Part shown: positions 13,443 through 26,734 of the stretch, in pieces
Position numbering within the stretch: position 1 is the stretch's first letter
Layout: each line of letters starts with the position of its first letter
Origin: Octopus sinensis
Taxonomy: Eukaryota
Assembly (NCBI RefSeq): GCF_006345805.1
Contig: NC_042999.1
Span: 82,336,001-82,400,000 of the forward strand
Direction of reading: 5' to 3'
DNA length: 64,000 bases
The notes under the pieces: generated by a model
What the model saw: the letters and a program-made list of their open reading frames with translations, nothing else
Databases searched by the model: none
Told to the model about the DNA's origin: nothing
Translations under genes and position numbers: made by a program

Positions 13443-15448
13443 ACGCATTTACATGAATATATACAAGCATACATATAGAAACAAGCATACACACGCACAC
13501 ACAAACACACGAACATATAGATAGATAGATAAACAGAGACAGACTGACAGACACGTAGATAGAGATAGAGAGAGAGAGAGAAGTAAATAGAAATGCTAAG
13601 TTTACAGTTATTCTAATACACTCCGATGAATTTTAAACATAACCAGTCTTTTAAGTGTCATCTTTTCATCTTTTTAATATGCTCTGCTTTAAGCTATTAC
13701 ATGAGGAGAGATTCCTCCTTTGCAAAGCATGTTAAAACGGTGACTCTTACAAGTCTCATACAAGAGTTCATGTCTCACTCCATAATACCTAATTAGTATT
13801 TTCAGCTTTGACGCCTGCAGAGCCACGCCTCTCAACTTTAGGGCACACAGAGAAAGTAGACGAAGGAAACGTAAAAATAAGATAAACTGACAAGAAAACA
13901 AAGAATGTGGAAGAGAAGAATAAACTACCCCAGGGGTGTACTGGTACTTTATATTGAATGTATACCATCTTCTATTCCACAAGTTTTTAGCTCCCACCAA
14001 TGTATATTGAATTTTGTAACACAACATGTTTATAAGAGATTTTTGTCTAGAAAGAGGACCACGGTTTTTTGTTTTTCTGCAGTGTACTTACGTATTTTTG
14101 TGATATATAGCGGGCTGTTTTAAGTTAACGCTACTTCAATTGCATAGACCTGATAATTGCATTACTCATTTCAATCTTCAATCTTCAACCAGGTGTTATC
14201 CACAAGTTATGTTTTGTGTAGTTTTATAAATGGCTTGAATTATGTTAGTTAACAGCCAAAAGAGAAAAATAGGTTTTTGGTGTTTGTATACTATATATAT
14301 ACTTGTGTGTGTATGTATGAATATATGTATGTTTACATATATGTATGCAGAGAGCAAGTGAGAGAGAAGGGATAAAAGAGGGAAAGAGACAAAGTGAAAG
14401 AGAGGGAGAGAGACAGACAGATTTACAAACAGTGACTACGATAAAGAAAGGCAGAAAAAGAAAGGCAGGAGTGTGTGCCAGAGAAAGAGTGACGGTGTTA
14501 AATAATATTTTGTTTAATGTCCCGAGAGATATTTGCAACATTAATGATTAAGACATTTAACCTTTTATTGTGTTCACAGAGGAAATATTTTTGTTTGAAG
14601 TTTTAGAGCGATCTTGCTTATAACTTTCTTTACAGAAAATGCTATTAAGGTTTCTGGCAACTTAAAAATAATGTTTAAACATTTGTTAAAGTTAGAATAA
14701 AAGCACATATGGCTTCCATCAGATAAAATCTAACCACTTTATAGAAAAGTTTAAGCGGATGCAGGAATATTCGAAGAAAATCTTTCGTAAAAATTCATCA
14801 AATACCCACGCTACTAAAATTATATTACAACACGCAATATGCGTTCATGGTTCAGTGAGAATATTTCATCTGATTCAATTGGAACCTTTGTTTTTAATAT
14901 ATCTGAAAATAAATGAAACATTTCGTGTATGTTTTTGACATACTGAAATTTTTCTGGTTTAACTTTTGCTAGATAATTCCAAAGTAAAGTTAATTCACTG
15001 TTTTATTAGTATTTTCGAAACGGATCATTTTACTGGGAATGCAGTGTATGGTGGTTGGTTGGTGTTAATGAAAGGAATTAAATCCAAAAGCTGGAATTTA
15101 GAGGTAGGATGGATTGTATGAAATGATACAATACATTTGCTCTCGCGCTGATAAATATCAGTCAACATACTGAGTTATACAAGATTTGATATAGATAAAA
15201 ACTGATAAACAATGAAGTTACATAAAAAGTCATTATCCTTTTTAAAGATATATATATTTAAAAACTACATTTTGTCGTAAGTTTGCCTAAAGTCACATAA
15301 TTACATATACTGTGTCTGAAAATTAATTTTAAATTAACATAATTAAAGCAACGTGCTTAAATTAACGTATTTGAATTTGCAGGAATGTTTTTACTGTAAA
15401 TGTTGCTTGGAATTATAATATTCCATATGATTTTTTTAGAGTATTGTT

Positions 15449-15500
15449 ATCATAATCATCATCATCATCAATCATCATCATCATCATCATCTTCATCATC

Positions 15501-15534
<34 letters not shown>

Positions 15535-15562
15535 ATATCATCATCATCATCATCATCATCAT

Positions 15563-15596
<34 letters not shown>

Positions 15597-15640
15597 GTCG
15601 TCGTCGTCGTCGTCGTCGTCATCATCATTATCATCATCAC
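15449..15640. repeat. (CAT)n/(CGT)n compound microsatellite
   Basis: Direct reading. It is the source of the poly-Met ORF 15413-15640. Confidence 0.95.
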
Positions 15641-15654
15641 ATCATGTATCTATT

Positions 15655-15872
15655 AAGGCGGCGAGCTGGCAGAATTGTTAGCACACCGTGCAAAATGCTT
15701 AGCGGAATTTCGTCTGTTTTCACTGAGTTCAAATTCTGCCGCGGGTGACTATGCTTTTCATTCTCTAAGGATCGATAAAATAATTAGCAATTCAACGCTG
15801 AGATCGATATAAATCGAATAGCCTTCTCCCCCAAATTTCAGGCCTTCTGCCTATAGCAGAAAAAAATTGTTG
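15655..15872 (+). mobile_element. SINE family A
   Basis: A-box-like GGCGAGCTGGCAGAA and B-box GAGTTCAAATTC. Confidence 0.85.
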
Positions 15873-15877
15873 TTATT

Positions 15878-16243
15878 CTTTTTTTTCTTCATCACAGGTC
15901 TTGGCGCTCCTAGAGTCTTCCATGCGTAGCGGACTTACTACCTGCAACCCACAGTACCATGCTATTCGTTCTTTTCACCTATCTAATTCTGCTTATTTTG
16001 GCTTTCTATTTCTGCTTATCCTGCTTATTCTGGCCGTGTCAAGGAGGCAAACCTTTTGTAAAAGCTCAGCTGGACATTCTGTTCTAATTTCCTTAATATT
16101 CCTCTGGATACCTTCTGATACAGTTCCCAAGGACCCAACAATAACTGGAACTATTTTCACCTTCTTCATTTTCCATAGCCGGGCTATTTCGTGTTTAAGA
16201 GATTTGTATCTAACTTTTCGCCTTCCTTCGTGATTTTTCGCGG

Positions 16244-16244
<1 letters not shown>
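15878..16244 (-). mobile_element. 3' end of restriction-like-endonuclease LINE (R4/Dong-like), same family as 57410-57915
   Basis: Minus translation gives LKHEIARLWKMKKVKIVPVIVGSLGTVS...ELLQKVCLLDTARI. The 3' UTR is shared with the 57.8 kb copy, and the element abuts (TAT)n. Confidence 0.8.
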
Positions 16245-16294
<50 letters not shown>

Positions 16295-16354
16295 TATTAT
16301 TATTATCAGTGTTGTTGTTGTTGTTGTTGTTGTTGTTATTATTTTGTATCTATT

Positions 16355-16822
16355 AAGGAGGCGAGTTGGCAGAATTCCTAGTACGCTGGGCAAAATGCTT
16401 AGCGACATTTTCGTCCGTCTGTACTTTCTGAGTACAAATGCAACCGAGACCGACTTTGCTTTTCATCCTTCGGGGTCGCTAAAATATGTGCCATCTGAGC
16501 AGTGGTGTCAATGTAATAGACTTACCTATTTCTTTACTACCCACAAGGGGCTAAACACAGCGGACAAACAAGGACAGACAAACGGATTAAGTCGATTATA
16601 TCGACCCCAGTGCGTAACTGGTACTTAATTTATCGATCCCAAAAAGATGAAAGGCAAAGTCGACCTCGGCGGAATTTGAACTCAGAACGTAGCGGCAGAC
16701 GAAATACCGCTAAGCATTTCGCCCGGCGTGCTAACGTTTCTGCCTGCTTGCCGCCTTGAATGTAATCAACTTACCCATCCCCCGAAGTTGCTGGCCTTGT
16801 GCCAAAATTTGAAAGAATTATT
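16355..16822 (+). mobile_element. Older SINE family A copy interrupted by a second SINE
   Basis: Head at 16355. The tail (CCCCGAAGTTGCTGGCCTTGTGCCAAAATTTG) resumes after 16773. Confidence 0.75.
16525..16758 (-). mobile_element. Younger SINE family A copy nested in the previous one
   Basis: Flanked by a 15-bp TSD: AATGTAATAGACTTA (16510-16524) and AATGTAATCAACTTA (16759-16773). Confidence 0.85.
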
Positions 16823-17798
16823 CTGTACCTATAACTGGCATTGATCAAATGTATACTATCTAATCATAACCACACCATTTTCGTCACGCACTCGCTATTG
16901 AGGTTTACATTTTCAAATATATTTCATTTTCAAAATGTTTCATTGGAGGAAAAGTTGGCTATTCATTTTAGCGAGTCGAACAACCGAGAAGATGCATTCT
17001 TGTTGTCTTGCCTTGCCTGTGTGATGAAAATTTTGTTAGTTTGTAATTTGTACGTAGCTTGCTCAAAACAATCCGAGAATATATGTGAGAATCATTTCAG
17101 CCGTGTATACTTTTATAACACAAACGTAGTCTAGTATGCTATTAAGTAAAACTGCTTTATAATCCTTCATAATTGGCCTAAAATAACGAGACTCACATTA
17201 TTAACAAATAGATATTCAGCTCATTCTTCTGAATATATACGATAAACATTACTTTAATCAATAATCAGTAGTTATAAACGCTAACCAATTAACTTTTGAT
17301 ATATGAAGCTGAGAAGTGTTGAAATTAAAATAGCGAAACCTATTACGTCGTTCTCAATGATGTGGTACAAATGTCGTCTTTACATTCTTTTAAACAAATT
17401 CAATTATCATAATATAAATCATAACAATTTAAATTATACTTTAACAGTTATAGATTCAAATTATATGTTCAAAATGAACATAACATATGTAAAAAGAAAC
17501 AAAACTTCCATAATCACTTGTCTATTCTCTTTCTGTGAAGATAATGGGTCTATAACTTAACCAGATGTAAAATTAGCACTGAAGGAATAATTTGCATATT
17601 GTTTATTTAAAGTAATTAGAGAGCCATATCTGACAGCGAGTTGTACGTATGCTTTTCATTCGATACTGCAAGCTAAACTATATACATGGCAATTATGTAG
17701 TAAATCAGCAGAATAATAAACACACTCCTGATATACCGAGTCGTCAAAATTTATTTCAAAGGGTGGGTTATGATTTATGCTTTGACACAAAAGAGAAG

Positions 17799-17830
17799 TC
17801 TAACGTTTCGGAAGAAAACTTCCTCAGAGA
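17799..17830 (-). ncRNA. Decayed minimal hammerhead-like motif
   Basis: Minus strand reads TCT-CTGA-GGAAG-TTTT-CTTCC-GAAAC-GTT-AGA. Stem II and the palindromic ACGT helix III are present, but the core looks 3 nt short. Confidence 0.45.
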
Positions 17831-17961
17831 ATTGGAAATTAATTGCTATTTATACAAAGCCTGTTAATAACTTGTTTCGATCTGAAATTTCCAAACTGTT
17901 TTCGTTAATGATTATTTTTAATATCCGCACAAGACCAGAAATTCGATGGAAGGTGAAACCA

Positions 17962-18004
<43 letters not shown>

Positions 18005-18379
18005 TCATACAAACACACTTAGATATATGTACGTGTATATATATACACTTGCACATACACAAGTGTATGTGGGTGGGTGTGTAAGGAACTTCCAGGCAAT
18101 TAGTTAATGTTTCTTTCAAGTTGTTTTAAATGAAATCTGTTTTTCTCGTGTTAACATAAAGACCAATAATTTCTGTGGCGTCTTTCAGACTGTAGAAGAG
18201 GTAGAAAAATACAAGAAGTAGAAGAATGCAAAAGGCTCTTGAAGTCTTATCTCGCATATCTGACATTCGGGTTAAGGCATATGCACAATTAGCATCTGTT
18301 ATTTAGAGGCTGTGTATCTAGAACCTCTTCATTTTCTGTGGTCATGTTTTCCGTTATCATCTACTAAAATCCAGAGAGC

Positions 18380-18700
18380 AGACAGTAAAGTACTATCAAG
18401 AAGCTGTAATTGTATGTCCTTGTAAAATGCAAACAGGAATGTTGAAAAATTCTCTTTCTATCTGTTCAAATTAAATTAGTGCGAGTGTATTGTTAGGGTA
18501 TCATTGTAGTACCTACTATATCTTGAAGGTTTTCATAGGCTTCTAGGATTTGCTGCATCTCATCTCTGTAAATTGGGAAAAGGATTTTTTGATAATTCCA
18601 CCTATACTAATTTCTTGCTCGAACACACTGAAAAATTAATCTCAGGGTGAATAAAGACCTGCTGTTGAGAGATTCTTTCCGAATACACGTTGTTGTTGAC
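18380..18700 (-). pseudogene. RTE-clade LINE reverse transcriptase relic
   Basis: Minus translation FPIYRDEMQQILEAYENLQDIV...FFNIPVCILQGHTI resembles RTE FDSIHR.KM..IL.AYG...GVLQGDTL. Many stops. Confidence 0.55.
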
Positions 18701-18978
18701 GAAAACATTTTTCAAATCCGAGTGTATATCAAGGTATTATGAACTTCGGCTGCCATACATCTTAATGTGATAACCTGGTCAGCCTGTAATAACTCTAATT
18801 CAGTTTTGGAAAAAGGAGAGGATTCAGATTTCATTTTAATTACAGATTGAGTTTCCATTGTTATTATACTTGCTCACTTCATTTCTATGTGGCGCTTCGC
18901 TTATTTATTCATATTTACACTTACATGCGTCTATATCCATTGTATACCTTTAAATCTATATGTGCCCGGAACTATATA

Positions 18979-19384
18979 AGGTGTTCGGGCTAAATTTGAC
19001 AGTTTGCATAAAAGGAAACGAAAACAGTACCCCATCCAAAAGTAAAAGTATTTTAAAACATCACAAATTGTACACTCGATTATTGCTCGGAGGTAACAGT
19101 TTATCCAAAGGAGTCACCCTCATTTTCTTCATGGCTCGGGAACCTGGCGTCGGCGTTCCTTACTGTATCCATGAAAAGATCTTCGGACATATTCTTGAGC
19201 TTGACCCCAAGCTAGGCCGTGATATTGCGGAAGATCAGCTTCTGTAATGATGTCGACATTTTGATATCTGGCGCGAATAAGTCTTTTCCAATATCTGTTG
19301 ACTGGTCACCAATACATCAAGCTGTTTCAGAAAAGAAAAGTATGGAATGGGGCAAAAGTCGTCAAATTTAACCCGAACACACTT
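18979..19384 (-). mobile_element. Internally deleted Tc1/mariner-superfamily element (maT-like MITE)
   Basis: TIRs GTGTTCGGG(C/T)TAAATTTGAC lie at both ends with flanking TA. The interior encodes a transposase-like C-terminus, KNMSEDLFMDTVRNADARF...ENEGDSF. Confidence 0.7.
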
Positions 19385-20325
19385 TATGCTTGCAACACTC
19401 TCAGAAACGGTTTTGTTGTTAAAATAGTGTGTATTTTTCTAAATTTTAGTATATAGATGTTTGACAAGAAATATGTGCGTATATGTGTGTGCCTGTATGT
19501 GTATATGAACGTATGTCTGTCTGTCTGTATGTATGTATGTATGTATGCATGTATGTATGTATGTATGTATGTATGTATGTATGTATGTATGTGTGTGTGT
19601 ATGTATGTATGTATATCCATGTATGTATATATATATATGCGCATTGTCTCATTGACTCATTACGGATTTCATACTATATACTCAATGAAACCAAAAGAGG
19701 TACGGTCTGATAGACAAATATAAAGATATGCGACTCTTGTACATGATCTCTACGTTACTTTCTTTCATGCTATCGTGTGTTTTTCTCCGTCTTCCACACG
19801 CACAAATTGTCACAAAGGCAAGAATCTCATACAATAACACAATCATGTTCTATTACATATTGAGAATGAAACATATGTGAGTGTGAGAGATAGATGCATA
19901 GATGGAGAGGGAGAGAGTGAGTGATTTAGAGAGAGAAAGAAAGAGAAAGATAGAGAAAATGAAAGAGGCCTGAAGAATTATATGAATATTTAAGTAAAGA
20001 TTACTGATAGACATACAAATATATCATATACTTGCACGTATATATACATACATATATTTATATACAGATATATACATATATATCTGTGTGTGCATGTGTG
20101 AGTGTCTGTGTGTGTGTGTAAGTATATAAGAACGCTAATAAATTTGCATCCATATACATAAATATACATGAATGCATACACATAGAAGCACATACACACA
20201 CACCCATACACACACACGCACACACACACACACACAGACGGTGTAAAAGAGAGACGGTGATAGAGACAGGTACACATACACACAGCCAAACATCCGTCGA
20301 AGCACGTATGCGAGTATACGCGAAA

Positions 20326-20363
20326 TCATGCACTGTGGAGAATATAGACATCTCGGTGCCATT
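20326..20363 (-). other. Weak exon candidate (strong splice acceptor)
   Basis: Acceptor TGTCTGTATTTATTTCTTCAG lies in unique, less AT-rich DNA. Phase-1 reading is EWHRDVYILHSA*. No homolog recognised. Confidence 0.15.
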
Positions 20364-20747
20364 CTGAAGAAATAAATACAGACAGCTGAGTATGAACTTG
20401 CTGATTTAAATAACTGATTTAGTTATTATTACTGCTTCAACGGTTCTCATGATCAGTCCCGACTACCCAAGTTGACTCACAGCATGGCGTCTGCTGTATA
20501 AGGAATGACCAGCCATAAAAATGGCTGCCTCGAACGTATTATCATTTTCGTGTTGTTGAAAGGAATATGGCATACATTATTATTGCTATCGTTATATCAG
20601 TTACACGTGACGGGAACAGTTTATATATATTTGAATAATTCCATACACATAACTCTCTTAATATGTATTGCTGAATGACGGTAAATATATGTACCTCTAC
20701 ATACAGACAGATACACATACATGAATGCATACATACATATATATGCA

Positions 20748-20808
<61 letters not shown>

Positions 20809-21188
20809 GAGAGAGCGAGTGAGAGAGAGACTAGCACACACGTATTTATATTCATATGTGTTGTTTGGAATTTACATATATATTAAGACTTTTTGAATAT
20901 TTATGTATTTATTTTATTGAATATTGCTGTTCTAGATACAAACACATGCATAGGTAGATAGATATCTAGACAGATAAATAGATATATAGCTATTGTTAAG
21001 CTTATGTATGTATATATATATATATATATATGTTTATATATGTGTATGTACACATATAAGGGTGTGTATGTATATGTATGTATATGTGTACATATATATA
21101 TACATACATATATATACACACACATATATATATACACATATATATATACACATATATATGTATGTATATATATATGTATATATATGTA

Positions 21189-21284
<96 letters not shown>

Positions 21285-21516
21285 CATATATATATAATAT
21301 ATATATATAAACTTAGTACCTAGTGCGAACATTTTTATAAGAAATGAAAGTAGCAGTTATACTGAGAAGCAATGTTTGTCGCCACTTCAGCATAGTTGCT
21401 CCCTACGAACCGACGTTACCATCATTTTTAACCCCAAAATGACGCCTCCTCCAGCTGCTGGTTATCGATGCAATCTGTACCCGATATATATTGCAAATAA
21501 GGGAGCGAAACCCTAC

Positions 21517-21600
21517 CGACTTCTAACGGCATAACAGGAGCACCAGACTCCGGATTCGGGCTATTTTGCTCAGCCTCTCTGGTGGTGTAGGAGGTGTACT
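21517..21600 (-). other. Weak 84-nt phase 1-1 exon candidate
   Basis: CTTTTAACCCAAG|...|GTAGGG lies within an open frame (21428-21682) of unique CpG-containing DNA. Peptide is EYTSYTTREAEQNSPNPESGAPVMPLEV. No homolog recognised. Confidence 0.2.
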
Positions 21601-22325
21601 CTTGGGTTAAAAGCGGTAGTATCATCGGTTCATCAGGAACGGCGACGTTGAAGAATACACACACACACACACACACACACATGATAATTAAATAAATATG
21701 ATATTTTATACCTATAAATTCATATAACTATTCGGACACAGAATAATGTCTGAAACCGTATCACGAATATCAAAACGATAAGATGTATTGTGTGTGTGTG
21801 TGTGCGTGCGTGAGTGCGTGAGTGTGTTAGTGTGCGCGCGAACATATATGAATATATACATAAACATAGTATATATCTATATATCTGTATACATAGCATA
21901 TGCATATACATATATACATATACTATGTATATATATATATATATGTACATATACAGATACAGAGTGTGATAAATATACTTTATGTAGTTATTTTCACGAT
22001 ATAAACAGTTGGTTTATATCTAGACATATACACACGTTTATATCATAAACATCGGTACAAAACAATAGAAACTAAAGTACGTGTTTTAGTTGCGATCTTA
22101 TTCCTCTCAGAACTGATCTTCTTTATTTAACCAAAGAGCGACTAAACATCAAAAAGTTTAAAAAACACAGTCTCTAATTTGAATATTCTTAAACAAATTT
22201 TATTTGAATTCCATTAAACGCTTATATATTTCTAAGTTTATAATACTTTCGAATTTCTAAATTATATGCAGACAATAGCAAATAAAGTGAAAACGTGCAT
22301 ACGATTTGTACAAATTAATGAATCA

Positions 22326-22537
22326 CTTCGCTAGCAGAATCGTTTGCTCACTGGACAAAATGCCTAGCATTTTTTCATCCGTCTTTACGATTTCAGTTCA
22401 AATTCCGCGGAAGTCAATTTTCCCTTTCATCCTTTCCAGATCAATAACATAAGTGCCAGTTGAGCATTGAGGTCGTGATAGTCGACTATGGCCTCCCCCA
22501 AAATTTCAGACCTATTGCCTATAGTAGAAAGAATGCT
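22326..22537 (+). mobile_element. Diverged SINE family A
   Basis: CAGTTCAAATTCCGC B-box plus the family A body and tail. Confidence 0.7.
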
Positions 22538-22961
22538 TTTCTTTGCGAGGTAGGGGACATCGAAATTTATTTATCGCATAACAAAATAAGATGATGGACG
22601 AAAAATTATTGTTCTTAAAAATGTTCAATGAAATGATAAGAAAGGCTAATAAAAAAAAAAAAAACCTAAAGGTTCTTGGAATACGAAACCAGGTGCTGCG
22701 ATAACAAAGATGATTGCAGCAATATTAGGATATCAACCAATATCTTGTATCCAATACGCAATCGTATTTCTCGGTGGAGCAATTCGCAGAAAGGTAATAA
22801 GGCCACTGCGATAAAAATCTAGTTTATTAATTCAAGTTTAGATTTCTAGTTAAACATTGCTCTTTCCATATATCTCTTAGGTTAATTCATATACGTATTT
22901 GATATGTGAGATGTATCTCGGTGAATAAATATTCATATACAAGTGTATATGCATATATATA

Positions 22962-23007
<46 letters not shown>

Positions 23008-23057
23008 ATGTATATATGTATGTATGTATGTATGTATTTATATATATATATATATAT

Positions 23058-23141
<84 letters not shown>

Positions 23142-23584
23142 ATCTATGTATTATATATATATGTATGAATGTATGAATGTATGTAGTAACGTATTACTTC
23201 TTAACCGATATACCATGTTCAATGTCTATATATACATTATACCCGCACACATATGTGTGTGTATGTGTATACATACATACATAAACATAGATGCATACTT
23301 AGTTTGGTACTACTCGATATACTCTAGTATTAACAGGATATATCTCCAAAGATCAGAAAAGATAAACTGTCTCATTTCGGTAAACATAATTTTCATAAAA
23401 TTTACTGACAATTACTATATTATATATTTATATCATTATTGGAACTTGTTTTTCGGAAGTTGTTGAACGTAGTCTTTTCATTTAATTTGTTATTATATTA
23501 TCTTGATTCAGTGATTTTTTTGTTGTTGTTGTTGTTTTATTTAGTTTAGTTTTTTTTTACTGCTTTGGCATTTCGTTAAGCAAT

Positions 23585-23960
23585 TTGCATTTGGTTATTG
23601 ACAGCAGCCACTACCATTAATATCGGTAAAGCTGGTGATCGGCCAAAGGGCATTAAGAATGAATTAACCAAGAGGACGAGCGGACGTTATATCAACATAA
23701 GTGTATGAAGACACACCAGCAGTTATTATTATATATTGATGGTGGTGCTATTTGCTAGCGAATAAACTTTGATTGAAGTTTTGTTTAATTTGCTAATGGT
23801 TATAGAAATTTGGAATGTGAGGAGAGTTGAGTAGGTAATGATATGGACAAGTAACCGAGCCGAGAAGTTTGTTTTCGGTTATCGAGAACAGATAAAAAAG
23901 TCGGTTAACGGCTAAAGGCATCTGCCTTAGGATTCTGGTTTGGCATCTTGTCCATGATTA
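23585..23960 (-). pseudogene. Highly decayed Penelope-like RT/linker relic
   Basis: Minus fragments RILRQMPLAVNRL and KLNKTSIKVYSLANST resemble Penelope IIKQIP.S(I/V)..R and IFNRNTIKVSYSC. Confidence 0.4.
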
Positions 23961-24057
23961 AGACAAATTAATTGTTAAATACCAGGATTGCTCGAATTAC
24001 ACGAAATAGCAATCATTGTATGTGTACATATTAAAAGACAGACACACAGACAAATAG

Positions 24058-24250
<193 letters not shown>

Positions 24251-24660
24251 CTTTTACTCTTTTACTTGTTTCAGTCATTTGACTGCGGCCATGCTGGAGC
24301 ACCGCCTTTAGTCGAGCAAATCAACCCCGGGACTTATTCTTTGTAAGCCCAGTACGTATTCTATCGGTCTCTTTTGCCGAAACGCTAAGTTACGGGGACG
24401 TAAACACACCAGCATCGGTTGTCAAGCAATGCTAGGGGGACAAACACAGACACACAAACACACACACACACAGACACACACATATATACATATATACGAC
24501 AGGCTTCTTTCAGTTTCCGTCTACCAAATCCACTCACAAGGCATTGGTCGGCCCGGGGCTATAGCAGAAGACACTTGCCCAAGATGCCACGCAGTGGGAC
24601 TGAACCCGGAACCATGTGGCTGGTTAGCAAGCTACTTACCACACAGCCACTCCTGCGCCT
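24251..24660 (-). mobile_element. Full-length tRNA-derived SINE family B
   Basis: Head AGGCGCAGGAGTGGCTGTGTGG with B-box GGGTTCAGTCCC, an internal (TG)n/(TA)n tract, and tail ...GACTGAAACAAGTAAAAGAGTAAAAG. Confidence 0.85.
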
Positions 24661-24864
24661 ATAGATATGTTTCTTTATTAGCCACACAGGGCTGCACACA
24701 GACAGGACAAATAACAAGGTAGAGCTTTTCTTTTGGGGGTAAAGAAAGGGGGTTTGGTTTTCGATCAAAAGGGATCGTAAACGGAAAGAAAGAGGACAAA
24801 AAAGGGGGGAATCAAATTTAAAAAAAAAGGATAGATAGATAGATAGACAAACAGATAAATAGAC

Positions 24865-24990
<126 letters not shown>

Positions 24991-25017
24991 AGGTATGATA
25001 TTTATCTGGATCTAGAG

Positions 25018-25186
25018 CAGTGGTTACCAACTGTGGTTCCCAACCCTAGTATTCAGAAGTGTTTTCCCACGAACCCTTTTTAATATGCCTATCCTTATAT
25101 ATATAATTTTCAATTTAGTTCATCGACCTCCAGTACCACCTTTACGGACCACCAGGTGTCCGCGAACCCCAGATTGACTACCACTG
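25018..25186. mobile_element. hAT-like MITE
   Basis: Imperfect TIRs CAGTGGTTACCAACTG and CAGATTGACTACCACTG. No clear 8-bp TSD. Confidence 0.45.
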
Positions 25187-25431
25187 AGCAAGAACATCAC
25201 TTCATCACTATATCCAGTTTCGTTTTGAAGTTCCATAGGATTTTAGCCTATTCCTTCTTGATCAGATGTTTCGTTATTGCATATCATTCTATATTCAATA
25301 TATGTTGCTCATTAGTATTGAACATATAAAATAATGACATAATGAAATCATTGATGAAAACTCATAATAATTTATCGGACCACAATGAAGTTCTTATAAT
25401 GAATTTTGGTTAAATACTAATAATTCTAAAG

Positions 25432-25595
25432 TATTTACATTATTTAGATTTGACGGATATTTGTCCTCATCTTGTTTGTTGTTAACACAACGTTTTGGCT
25501 GATATACCCTCCAGCCTTCATCAGGTGTCTAGGGGAAATTTCGAACCTGGGTTCTCATTCCTAACGTATTTTTCGATGTTGCTATTATTATCATT

Positions 25596-25628
<33 letters not shown>

Positions 25629-25723
25629 CAGGTCACTGCTTGGAATCGAACATGGAATCTTAAGGTTAGTAGCCCACGCTAGTAACCCCAAGATTCCGAG
25701 TTCGATTCCAGGCAGTGACCTGG

Positions 25724-25786
<63 letters not shown>

Positions 25787-25926
25787 TAATAATAATAATA
25801 ACATAGAAAAAATACCTTAGGAATGAGAACCCAGGTTCGAAATTTCCCCAAGACACCTGATGAAATGTTGTGTTAACAACAAATAAGATGAGGACAAATA
25901 TCCGTCAAATGTAAATAGTGTAAATA
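25432..25926. repeat. About 495-bp fold-back made of two head-to-head copies of a tRNA-headed, hammerhead-tailed short repeat
   Basis: The arms are reverse complements around a 6-nt loop at 25673-25678. Each arm has a B-box GTTCGATTCC, an (AAT/AAC)n tract, a body and a hammerhead-like motif. Confidence 0.9.
25484..25529 (-). ncRNA. Minimal type I hammerhead ribozyme motif with G12 to A lesion
   Basis: Minus strand reads GACAC-CTGATGA-A-GGCTG-GAGGGTATAT-CAGCC-AAAAC-GTT-GTGTT. The partner copy at 25852-25874 (+) has lost stem II. Confidence 0.7.
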
Positions 25927-26420
25927 ATGTACATAATTCCTCAATTCTTAAATATAGAACTTTATTAACTAATAATTTCCTTTGAACGAGTTAAAATCGC
26001 TCCGAATTCGCATTAAGAATTTTAATAAATCTACATGGATTAATTAAGTTTAACACGTTTTTTTGTTGTTTTTTTTTTCAAGCAAATACATCATTTCCTG
26101 AGGGATTACCAACCCTTTTACTGTGAATTTCGGTTAAATACCAATAATTATTTGCCAATGGCTTCCTTTTACTCCATTTCAAAAATTTTAAAAGAATTAG
26201 TGAACTTCACATTGCAATTTGAAAGTTGAATCCGTTTAAGAAAACAATGAGTAACTGCCGGACAAATTATGTAACATGCTCTTGTATTTAGACGAAAATT
26301 ACATATTCCCATCCATACGTTCACCACGGATACAAACTCACAGCAGATACGTACACACGTTTACCAGATACACACACTCACTCATCAGATATATTCATCA
26401 AACTAGCCTACGAAACTTTA

Positions 26421-26734
26421 GTAGACGGATAACTCATCGGTAGACAGTTGGCCAACAGACAGTTGGCCAACAGACAATTGGCCGACAGACAATTGGCCGA
26501 CAGACAATTAGTCGACAGACAACTTACAGACAGGACGATTGAGCATTTGGACAATTTGTAGTTCTATCAATAATATATACGTACGCTTTGTATAGAAACT
26601 TTCTGTCTCCTCGCTCCGTTTTGATGAATTCTATAATCGATACTTCTGCGTGTCAACTTATTGTCTAATCAGCCAATTGTCCAATCGGCGAACTGTCTGT
26701 CGACGAATTGTCTGTTGACGAATTGTTTGTACAC
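26421..26734. mobile_element. MULE/Foldback-like MITE with subterminal 15-bp tandem repeats
   Basis: GACAATTGGCCGACA-type units occur in tandem on the left and inverted on the right. The flanking direct repeat ACGAAACTTTA lies at 26410-26420 and 26735-26745. Confidence 0.7.
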
